A stretch of 41,776 nt of DNA from Nemertoderma westbladi (taxonomy: Eukaryota; Animalia; Xenacoelomorpha), in NCBI GenBank assembly GCA_032718475.1, contig JAUCBJ010001316.1, positions 1 to 41,776 on the forward strand, given 5' to 3'. A program made the translations under genes and the position numbers. The stretch's first letter is position 1. Each line of letters begins with the position of its first letter. Of the stretch, positions 30,616 to 41,776 are shown one piece after another. The notes beneath the pieces were generated by a model, which saw only the letters and a list, made by a program, of their open reading frames with translations, did not search any database and had not been told where the DNA came from.

Positions 30616-33600
30616 GTAAGTATGGAAATATAACGGTCGGTTTAATAGAACTCTACGTCGGTAAGTTTAATGGATTGGTCTGTAGGTTTAATGGAAATGT
30701 CGGTAAGTTTAATGGAATGGTCCGTAAGTTTAATAGAAATGTCGGTAAATTTAATGGATTGGTCTGTAAGTTTAATGGAATGGTCTGTAAGTTTAATGGA
30801 ATTGTCTGTAAGTTTAATGGAATGGTCTGTAAGTTTAATGGAATGGTCTGTAAGTTTAATATAAATATCTGTAAGTTTAATGGAATGGTCTGTAAGTTTA
30901 ATATAAATGTCGGTAAGTTTAATGGAATGGTCTGTAAGTTTAATATAAATGTCGGTAAGTTTAATGGATTGGTCTGTAAGTTTAATAGAAATGTCTGTAA
31001 GTTAATAGAAAAGTCGGTAAGTTTAATGGAATGGTCTGAAAGTTTAATATAAATGTCGGTAAGTTTAATGGAATGGTCTGTAAGTTTAATGGAATGGTCT
31101 GAAAGTTTAATGGAATGGTCTGAAAGTTTAATATAAATGTCGGTAAGTTTAATGGAATGGTCTGTAAGTTTAATATAAATGTCGGTAAGTTTAATGGAAT
31201 GGTCTGTAAGTTTAATGGAATGTTCTGTAAGTTAATAGAAATGTCTGTAAGTTAATAGAATTGTCGGTAAGTTTAATGGAATGGTCTGTAAGTTTAATGG
31301 AATGGTCTGTAAGTTTAATGGAATTGTCTGTAAGTTTAATATAAATGTCGGTAAGTTTAATGGAATGGTCTGTAAGTTTAATGGAATGGTCTGTAAGTTA
31401 ATAGAATTGTCGGTAAGTTTAATGGAATGGTCTGTAAGTTTAATGGAATTGTCTGTAAGTTTAATATAAATGTCGGTAAGTTTAATGGAATGGTCTGTAA
31501 GTTCAATGGAATTGTCTGTAAGTTTAATATAAATGTCGGTAAGTTTAATGGAATTGTCTGTAAGTTTAATGGAATGGTCTGTAAGTTAATAGAATTGTCG
31601 GTAAGTTTAATGGAATGGTCTGTAAGTTTAATGGAATTGTCTGTAAGTTTAATATAAATGTCGGTAAGTTTAATGGAATGGTCTGTAAGTTCAATGGAAT
31701 TATCTGTAAGTTTAATATAAATGTCGGTAAGTTTAATGGAATGGTCTGTAAGTTTAATGGAATGGTCTGTAAGTTAATATAATTGTCGGTAAGTTTAATG
31801 GAATGGTCCGTAAGTTTAATGGAATGGTCTGTAAGTTAATAGAATTGTCGGTAAGTTTAATGGAATGGTCTGTAAGTTTAATGGAATGGTCTGTAAGTTA
31901 ATAGAATTGTCGGTAAGTTTAATGGAATGGTCTGTAAGTTTAATGGAATGGTCTGTAAGTTTAATATAAATGTCGGTAAGTTTAATGGAATGGTCTGTAA
32001 GTTTAATGGAATGGTCTGTAAGTTAATAGAATTGTCGGTAAGTTTAATGGAATGGTCTGTAAGTTTAATGGAATTGTCTGTAAGTTTAATATAAATGTCG
32101 GTAAGTTTAATGGAATGGTCTGTAAGTTTAATGGAATTGTCTGTAAGTTTAATATAAATGTCGGTAAGTTTAATGGAATGGTCTGTAAGTTTAATGGAAT
32201 GGTCTGTAAGTTAATAGAATTGTCAGTAAGTTTAATGGAATGGTCTGTAAGTTTAATGGAATGGTCTGTAAGTTAATAGAATTGTCGGTAAGTTTAATGG
32301 AATGGTCCGTAAGTTTAATGGAATGGTCTGTAAGTTTAATAGAAATGTCTGTAAGTTTAATGGAATGGTCTGTAAGTTTAATGGAATGGTCTGTAAGTTT
32401 AATGGAATTGTCTGTAAGTTAATAGAATGGTCTGTAAGTTTAATGGAATGGTCTGTAAATTAATAGAATTGTCGGTAAGTTTAATGGAATGGTCTGTAAG
32501 CTTAATGGAATGGTCCGCAAGTTTAATGGAATGGTCTGTAAGTTTAATGGAATTGTCTGTAAGTTTAATATAAATGTCGGTAAGTTTAATGGAATGGTCT
32601 GTAAGTTTAATGGAATGGTCTGTAAGTTAATAGAATTGTCGGTAAGTTTAATGGAATGGTCCGTAAGTTTAATGGAATGGTCTGTAAGTTAATAGAATTG
32701 TCGGTAAGTTTAATGGAATGGTCCGTAAGTTTAATGGAATGGTCCGTAAGTTTGATGGAATGGTCTGTAAGTTAATAGAATTGTCGGTAAGTTTAATGGA
32801 ATGGTTCGTAAGTTTAATGGAATTGTCTGTAAGTTTAATATAAATGTCGGTAAGTTTAATGGATTGGTCTGTAAGTTTAATATAAATGTCGTTGAGTTTA
32901 ATGGAATGGTCTGTAAGTTTAATGGAATGGTCTGTAAGTTAATAGAATTGTCGGTAAGTTTAATGGAATGGTCCGTAAGTTTAATGGAATGGTCTGTAAG
33001 TTAATAGAATTGTCGGTAAGTTTAATGGAATGGTCCGTAAGTTTAATGGAAATGTCTGTAAGTTTAATATAAATGTCGGTAAGTTTAATGGATTGGTCTG
33101 TAAGTTTAATATAAATGTCGGTAAGTTTAATGGAATGGTCTGTAAGTTTAATAGAAATGTCTGTAAGTTTAATAGAAATGTCTGTAAGTTTAATGGATTG
33201 GTCTGTAAGTTTAATATAAATGTCGGTAAGTTTAATGGAATGGTCTGTAAGTTGAATGGAATGGTCTGTAAGTTAATAGAATTGTCGGTAAGTTTAATGG
33301 AATGGTCCGTAAGTTTAATGGAATGGTCTGTAAGTTAATAGAATTGTCGGTAAGTTTAATGGAATGGTCCGTAAGTTTAATGGAATGGTCCGTAAGTTTA
33401 ATGGAATGGTCTGTAAGTTAATATAATTGTCGGTAAGTTTAATGGAATGGTCCGTAAGTTTAATGGAATTGTCTGTAAGTTTAATATAAATGTCGGTAAG
33501 TTTAATGGATTGGTCTGTAAGTTTAATAGAAATGTCTGTAAGTTTAATGGATTGGTCTGTAAGTTTAATATAAATGTCGGTAAGTTTAATGGAATGGTCT

Positions 33601-34625
33601 GTAAGTTTAATGGAATGGTCTGTAAGTTAATAGAATTGTCGGTAAGTTTAATGGAATGGTCTGTAAGTTAATAGAATTGTCGGTAAGTTTAATGGAATGG
33701 TCCGTAAGTTTAATGGAATGGTCTGTAAGTTAATAGAATTGTCGGTAAGTTTAATGGAATGGTCCGTAAGTTTAATGGAAATGTCATGTCTGTAAGTTTA
33801 ATGGAATGGTCTGTAAGTTTAATATAAATGTCGGTAAGTTTAATGGATTGGTCTGTAAGTTTAATATAAATGTCGGTAAGTTTAATGGAATGGTCTGTAA
33901 GTTAATAGAATTGTCGGTAAGTTTAATGGAATGGTCTGTAAGTTAATAGAATTGTCGGTAAGTTTAATGGAATGGTCCGTAAGTTTAATGGAATGGTCTG
34001 TAAGTTAATAGAATTGTCGGTAAGTTTAATGGAATGGTCCGTAAGTTTAATGGAAATGTCATGTCTGTAAGTTTAATGGAATGGTCTGTAAGTTTAATAT
34101 AAATGTCGGTAAGTTTAATGGATTGGTCTGTAAGTTTAATATAAATGTCGGTAAGTTTAATGGAATGGTCTGTAAGTTTAATAGAAATGTCTGTAAGTTT
34201 AATGGATTGGTCTGTAAGTTTAATATAAATGTCGGTAAGTTTAATGGAATGGTCTGTAAGTTAATAGAATTGTCGGTAAGTTTAATGGAATGGTCCGTAA
34301 GTTTAATGGAATGGTCTGTAAGTTAATAGAATTGTCGGTAAGTTTAATGGAATGGTCCGTAAGTTTAATGGAAATGTCTGTAAGTTTAATGGAATGGTCT
34401 GTAAGTTTAATATAAATGTCGGTAAGTTTAATGGATTGGTCTGTAAGTTTAATATAAATGTCGGTAAGTTTAATGGAATGGTCTGTAAGTTAATAGAATT
34501 GTCGGTAAGTTTAATGGAATGGTCCGTAAGTTTAATGGAATGGTCTGTAAGTTTAATGGAATGGTCCGTAAGTTTAATGGAATGGTCTGTAAGTTAATAG
34601 AATTGTCGGTAAGTTTAATGGAACG
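30616..34625 (+). repeat. ~4-kb satellite of 20-21-bp units (GTCKGTAAGTTTAATGGAATG), roughly 190 copies, starting at the exon 3 donor
   Basis: Seen directly; explains all VCKFNGM/SVSLMEW ORFs. Confidence 0.97.
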
Positions 34626-37600
34626 GAACGTGAATAAAATGGCTCTCCATTTACGGTTCTAGGGTATCTGGGAATCCAATGCTAAACAGAACATAGCATT
34701 TTCGTTTATTTCATTCGATATAATAATATTATCTTTTTCCTTTGTTCACCTTCATAGTTTATAAAGTGTGGCGCCAGCAAGCCTAAATATTACATTTCCC
34801 TTTCAAAATTCAATTAGGAATTCCCCAAATATAATCAAACAAGGGTGTCTATGGAAACCCAAACTACTTTGTTTTCGTCTAAATTATTTATTCCAAGAGG
34901 TAATAACTTTATATAGCAGGTTATATAGGTATAAGGCTATATAAGTAAGTGTACTGGGGGGTCTATCCCTCTGTAGGCTGTATATAATATCAGCTGAGAG
35001 ACAGTCAGACTCTATTAAGCAGCAAATCAGCTGATTTACGCTTAAACATCTTAGATTGTGTCACATTCCAGTTTTCTATCGGCATGGGTTTAATGTAGTC
35101 TAGTCTATGCTGTCTCCAGACTGTCACACACCCTAGGCAGACTAACAGGGAATGTTATGAATGAATATAAATACTCCAGTCAACTCAACTATCTTATCAG
35201 CTGATTTTACTAAAGTGTCTGAAATATTTCATTCATGTATTTTCACCTTCGAAACCAATAACCTCGGCCCAAAACGACATGGTTAATACCCAGTAATTGC
35301 TCCCAATACCCCGCGCAGACAGACATGCTTGGCATTTAAACCCCAACTAATTTACCATTTATTATATTTTACATATTATATTTTATATATTTTTGTATAG
35401 CGTTTGTCTATTTTTAGCTACCAGAAATCAAACATCACCAGAGTAAAGTATCCCCATACATTTAACGTTTAGCAGAAAATACAATTAAAAAAAGTAAGAT
35501 ATTTTTTCTATTTATAGCTGATCATATAGTGCTTTATGGTTGTGTTCCTTTAAACTGCAATTAAAAATGTACTTATTTGTTTAGCTTTCGGAGTCATAGG
35601 GGTTAAACACTAGTTGTTGTTTATGTTACACATTAATTTATTCTTAAATGAATTTCCTCTGGAAATTCTGCAACAATAAAAATCACTTAAAAACTTATTT
35701 TATTTTTTCAGTAAAAGGGGAAAGTTGATAAAAAGAGAAATAGGGCTCAACAGGGAAAGTGGATACAAATTACAAGGGAAATATGTTTATTGTTTTGGTT
35801 AGAAACGCTACCACTGTTAGTAGTAACCTGCTCCTTTCTCCTATAATAGCCCCTGTTATATTAAATACCCCGAAACATATTTTTCTCAATATGTGAACGT
35901 AGTTAAGTGCTTGTGCACTAAAACCATAACCGAGATAATGCCAATGAACTTCCAATCTCCCCTTTATATCCCCATATCCGTCCCCATCACTACTTTACTA
36001 CTCCAACATTCAACTAAGTAGAGCCTGTGTGGTCCAAAGTTTCTCAAAATACAAAACTCTCCTATGTAGTCAAGTCAAGTCACTACACACTTCCATCCAC
36101 GCAACGCTCTTGTTAGCGAGCGATTGGTATAGGTGTACCACATACGAAACGGCCCCTTCGAATTATACGTTGTTATGTAAATCAACCTTCTGCGAACGTC
36201 TACCCCCCCCCCCCCCCCCCCCCCACCCCCTCTCCCCATGTTAGACTTAGACTGCTATTCTTCGCATATTAAACTTGAACCTCCAGTGTTTTTAAAGGAG
36301 TGTTCGTATCTTTAACTCACCTCACCCCCACCCGACTTATAGAAGCGTTTGTGTTTAATAGTGCAAGAAGCTCATTCGCGTATCATTTGATAAAACTGAG
36401 GACATTATTAAGGGAGGCAGGCCGATAATTCTTGAGTTAAATAATGATGTTGATATAATGAGACATTATAGACACGAATGGCCCCAACATATCAACTAAA
36501 GAATCTCTAATTATTGTATTTCACATTTCCATTATATCACTGTTTTATTTTCTGATCTACTACCTGTGTTTCTCCAATCCGTCGTATAGTGTTGCTCTAT
36601 TGCTTTAAATGAGGCTGGTGTTTATCATATAATTAATGATAACATCTATTGAACAAACTTTACCGCACTAAAATATTTTGTGGACCACACACACACGTGC
36701 CGTTGGCCCTAAACATGTTATTTGTAACGACATAATAATATTGTGTGTTTCTTTAAATGCCAATCTATGACTCATTGGGTTGTACTCTGTTACGTTTAAA
36801 GGTATTTTATCGATCAAGAAATTCTTTAGGAAGCTAAAAATTATTTACATTTACAATTAATTGAAACAGTATCTTAATCATTACGAACTATTAAAGAATA
36901 ACGTATTAATTTGGTCACTGTGACTCCCTGTGTACAAGAAAACACTACCCACAAAACGTCTATATACAATACAATTCTAACTATTATCACAAAATTTCAT
37001 TCCATTCACAATTTTGAAACATCAATAGTTTCTTTTCAAGTTGTACGTTCCTCTTCCCTGGCCTTAAATTATATTAAGACAGGTGGTCAGTGTTATTATG
37101 CGACACCCTGTAATGCCGCATATATCGCGAACATTTAGTGGCCTAATGTTCTATGTGTTATCTTTCTCAGAAGTGAATAAAGGCTCCAACAATCTGCATT
37201 CCAATTAATTAGCCCTGAGCTATAAAACACTGATAAACTTCCCAAACCTCTCGATACTAGTTCTCTACAAAGAGAGGTCAGTAGAGCCCAGCCAACCGCA
37301 ATACCACATGCCTACGTGCTACATGCTTGATATTGGTATCTGAACTACACATGTTAGGGAGGAGGTATTCTGTTTACTTCTTGTAGGCCTACTACTGGTA
37401 ATGAATGAGTGATGTAATGTGATTGACAGCTGTTTGGATATTAGGTAATGAAAACAAAAAACAATTATTATAATGGCTTGAGGCAATACTAAGAATACTA
37501 TATGGTCTGTCTGTCTTCCTCTTGAATGGAACTAACATTCTGTAGCTAATTTTTCTGTGGAATTAATGCATTTATATTCAAACCCCAACATGCGATGCTT

Positions 37601-38352
37601 AGGCCCAATAATTATTTAGGCCAAGTGTTTTAATGTAGTCTAATTTCTAAGGCCCATGTGAAGTTTACCAAAATTTATCCTGTTATATTTAACTTTGAGG
37701 TTTACCCCCATGTGAAATACCAGGGTTTCGCTAAAAACCCAGGTTACAGAAGTGGGCTGAATCTAACCAAAACAATAAACTAATTAGTATCTGTATACCG
37801 GTGTTAAGATAGAAATTAGCTCTATAAAACACTTGAAAAATACAAATTCTTATATAAAAGAGCGTTAGGTCCCCGGCTGGACGTAAGAGACGCAGTAAGT
37901 AGAGTACTCTCAAAAATACAAATGTAACCTGTTCTATTGACTTTTGTTTATTGTTTTGGTTAGATTAACGTACCACTGTAACCTGCTCTTTTCCCTAAAT
38001 TGAGAGTTTAACATTGAGGCGGGATATTAATTCGCCAAGGTGGGATTTGCGTCCAATCCCCCCCTGTCTCCCATCATCATGACTGGAGCTATCATAGACT
38101 CAATAATTGAACTTTATTAGTCCGCTGTCAGTAATGATGCTGAAAGTAACTCGAAAACTGAGATGGGGCCACTACAGAGTTATATTAGAATCACACATCT
38201 TTACTAATCTGTGTGAGTCTCTATTTACATCACTTAGTCTTCGCTTAGCCTTACTATACTGTTCTATAATAACAAGCGCGAAATCGCGCATAGGTCAGCG
38301 TCTACTAACGCATGAACTGTCTCATTGAATGGCTTACAACCAATCTTACAAC

Positions 38353-38429
38353 AAAAAACATTCATCGGAATTGAACTCGGTGCCTAGAGATTCCAAGTCC
38401 CGCGCTCTGCCAACTGAGCCACTGGGGCC
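38353..38429 (-). pseudogene. tRNA-derived SINE head or tRNA pseudogene
   Basis: Minus strand GGCCCCAGTGGCTCAGTTGGCAGAGCGCGGGACTTGGAATCTCTAGGCACCGAGTTCAATTCCGATGAATGTTTTTT: A-box, anticodon-like arm, B-box and T-run are present, but the acceptor stem cannot pair. Confidence 0.7.
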
Positions 38430-39611
38430 GTATAAATCCTTACCAATACCAAACAAATTGCCAACACCAACAACAACGGAGTGAATACTAGAGGTCTCGC
38501 TACGCGGGTCTAAAAATATAGAGGTACTTATACTATAATAATAGAACCGGTTTCCCCACCCCAGTAAAAAAAATAGGTCAGCTACGTGATGAAACAACAT
38601 AATTCCATACTGATAGTGCTTTTACATTATTTTAGGCTCCATTGCCTATATGCCTAACCCCTCAATAAATACACCGATATATAGCAATATATTACCTCAA
38701 TCATCCAGTTCAATTTTCCATCCCGTAAATGTCATGTCACATTTTCCGAGTATCTAAGAAGAATAGATGGACCTATTCATTGTGTAACTGTAATGGGTTT
38801 GGTTAGCGAGCGACTAAGTTTAATGTTCCAAGGCCGTTGCCCTCATATCCTGCGGGTTGTTACCAGCACTCATACCGCCTAGTAATTGCTATGTATTCCA
38901 GGCCCCTACAGCCTACAACAATAGCCAAAACTCCCAGGCCCCATAAATTACTCCTAGTCCCTTTTTTAATTTACTAGGAATTCAATAATTAACGCAGTTT
39001 CTAAGGCCAAAGTTCAGCTTCCAGAATACGGCTACCATTCCGATTTAATCGGGTACCCCTCTATAAACTGTGCCACCGGTAGTAAAAGCAGTTTGACAAG
39101 GAGGCCTACTTACTTTCTCCAACTTTCTAATCTCTCTGAATTTTTTGAGACGGCTATTGTTAACGCCATGTGCCCTTATTGTTACTGCTTCCATTGTCTG
39201 GGAATTTTACGCAGTTGGTTTGTAGAATAAATTATCTACTAATTCACCTGCCTGAACATTTTGTTCGGTGTCGCTTTTGGTATGGTTTAATTTATTTAAA
39301 CAGAATTCAGTTAATATGGATTGGAGCCGAACAGTTAGTGGTGGGGGGGCGGGGGGGGGGGGGGAGCTAACGAAGAATGGCTCTCTGTCGGGCCTATCCA
39401 TGGTAAGAATACAGGACTTTATGTTGTTATATTTCAATTTGGAGTTTGCAAAAATGTGTAGAATACAAACAAGGTTTACACTAAAAACCCGTGTTGCAGT
39501 GGGGCTGGATCTCCTCAATCTCCTCCACAATTCAATGAGAAGCCCAGTTGTGCGGACCTCTGTAATCGGCTCATTACAGCCGCACATTGAGATGCTATGC
39601 CGGCTTAAACA

Positions 39612-39875
39612 ATAATGATATGCCGGCTTATCAACAAAATTGCACCGCCACAACTCCCTATCCCCCACGACTTTCGCGAGATTATCCGCATCTTCAAGGC
39701 CAGTGGCCTTTCGGTGGCGTCTCACGAAAGTCACGTGCTGTCAACCATGCTTATTTTCTCCATGGGGCTGCCAAAGCACAAGATTGTGCACAGGCTGACC
39801 CTGACAGCGATGAAGCGATGTCCTGCAAAGCGGAGGCGGCTTTCCCAAGTCTCAAGCTTGGCGGTGACCAATAGG
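39612..39875 (-). pseudogene. Degenerate 3' fragment of a second RTE-like LINE
   Basis: Across frameshifts and stops: ESRLRFAGH, QPVHNLVLWQPHG, TFVRRHRKATGLED...GDRELWR, similar to the C-terminus of the 20606-21344 LINE. Confidence 0.7.
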
Positions 39876-41696
39876 CAATAGTATTATTTACTAGAAGCGC
39901 CAGTAATTCATTAAATAAAGTATCTGCCTTCTTCCAAACTAATATTGCAAAAATATATATAGAAGTATATAAAGAGTAAACTAGGACACTTCGAGTCCTG
40001 TCGCCAAAACCTGTTCTTTTCCCTTAAAGTTATAAGTAACATTGATGATTCACCCAGGTAGATTGCATTAAAGTCTCTATAACAAAGTTACCAGAAGAAC
40101 GCCCAAATTAGTTAAATTCATCGAATCCCACGAAATATAGAGACTCCCACAGATTAGTTCGTGGTAAATTACGCAATTACGCCAACACAACAAAGCCCTC
40201 TTATTAAAGGTATTATTCATGGAAGTTTCATTGTTATGCGAAATAATACTAGACCCGGGGGTGTGTATTGCATAACCTGTTTGAATGGGATTATATACTG
40301 AATGTCACCTAGCTAATAGTTAACTGCGCGATTGTTTGAGGGCCTTCTTGTTGGGTTACTATTGTTCTTTCGAGTTCTGCACCTGAAAGTCGGACTTGTT
40401 TTACTGTTATGTATCGAGGCCCGTTTCGTTGGGTCCTTGTTTACAACCTGTCCGATTGAGTGGTCTCATATAGTGGAAACTTAAACAGATATGAGTGGCT
40501 TTCATTGCGGGGTTGACATGACGCCGTTATTTGCATCCGAGTGCAACACTTATAACCATTTATAATTTCTTTAATTCACTCCATCTTATATTTAATGGGG
40601 CTAATAATTTATTTTTCTTTCGAACACATATTGAACATGTTTCGATGACATAAAGACTTTTTTTTCCCATGACCAATTATATATTACCCTCGGAAACCCA
40701 CGTGTATGCTACATTAGGCCTACAGCAACTAACTAATCCAACTGACAGTCGGTATACAAGGTCAAGAGTTACTGGCCCCTTTCAGAACTATTAGGGAATG
40801 GGACATATTAGCGACATGCAACTATCCCCATTGTTCATTAAAATAGGGATATAAAACCACAACTTCTTTATAAATAATCAAAACTAGTCTGGTATTGGTA
40901 CCACCACCATATAATTGCCTCACATGTAACCCTGTGCTTATCTTATCTTATATCCCCCACCCCCTCAGATCCAATGGGCCCTTTTAAACAGCTGATCACG
41001 GCCCCATATCAGCTGGGAGTCAGCTGTTTATCGTGTATAACAAATATTACTTGTTCAAACGTATTTAAGAATGCCACGTGATTTGTTCATTACCATGACG
41101 CCCAATTTTTATAGATTGCTATTTAAATAAGATGTTTGCAATAAACGATAATGAGTTGTTTATTATTGGAATGAGTGATTTATTATTTTAATTTATTGCG
41201 GCCCCAGGAAATCGACGCTAACACCTGATTACTCACAATTACTATTATAATTAGAATTACTGTAGCCTGTTCTATAGAATTTAGTTTATTGTTTTGGTTC
41301 GAAGATATACTTATCCTGAATCAATCGGCGTATACGAAAGTTTATCGTTTTCTAGAGTCATTCCCACTGGATGCCACAAGGTAGCGCATTCGCTAGCATT
41401 AGGTAAATCTCTATACTTTAAATATTGTGTAGTATATGTTTCTACATATGAGGAAATGACATCCACTTATTCATAGCAGATTGATAGTTATAATACCAAG
41501 CAAATCTGAGTAACTGTTTCTGCAGAGTGCTGCAAGGTTTTACCAATGAGCCATTGTGTACTGCAACTCATTAATAATATGAAGATCATATAGTGTCAGT
41601 GTGTTGACTTTCCTACCAACACTAGTTAGGGGCCAGTATGGGGGTTTCTATGCCAGTACGTTGCAGTAGTGAAGTTCTTAGACGATTGAGGGAAGT

Positions 41697-41776
41697 TGTT
41701 AAATGTTTATTTTGCTTTGGTTATTAACTGGAGGGAGTGGTTTAAATGTTTTATTTTGCTGTGGTTATTAACTGGA
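41697..41776. repeat. Start of a ~43-bp tandem repeat at the window edge
   Basis: AAATGTTT(T)ATTTTGCTKTGGTTATTAACTGGA occurs twice. Confidence 0.75.

Noticed and set aside
31281-34597. Many VCKFNGM/SVSLMEW ORFs
   Set aside because: Products of the 21-bp satellite, broken repeatedly by 20-bp units.
34626-41776. Cyclin D exons 4-5
   Set aside because: I found no segment encoding the expected PPSMIA-type or C-terminal TP motif; they probably lie beyond the window, though a diverged exon could be missed by eye.

Overview
AT-rich, repeat-rich animal (probably invertebrate) genomic DNA in three zones. (1) 1-10920 is the right end of an integrated Polinton/Maverick-like element. It ends in ...ACTACT after a ~300-bp terminal palindrome and carries an intact 1363-aa protein-primed DNA polymerase B, immediately followed by a divergent TATA-binding-protein (TBP)-like ORF. 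Downstream of that ORF are an array of ~20 Pol III B-box/tRNA-T-arm motifs and a degenerate zinc-finger gene. The element also has three GC-richer islands that fold by eye into nested stems (candidate ncRNAs). The TBP + B-box array + structured RNA combination is the most unusual thing in the window. (2) ~10.9-27.8 kb is host intergenic DNA with a young, internally deleted Ty3/Gypsy LTR element (GAGAC target-site duplication) and a 5'-truncated RTE-like LINE, both lying between two ~1-kb inverted repeat arms, plus several minisatellites. (3) From 27900 is a host cyclin D gene (three coding exons seen; later exons not found). Its intronic tandem repeats look like amplified copies of its own splice acceptor (34-bp x10) and splice donor (21-bp unit, ~4 kb). 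All calls are by eye from motifs; no database searches or folding programs were run.
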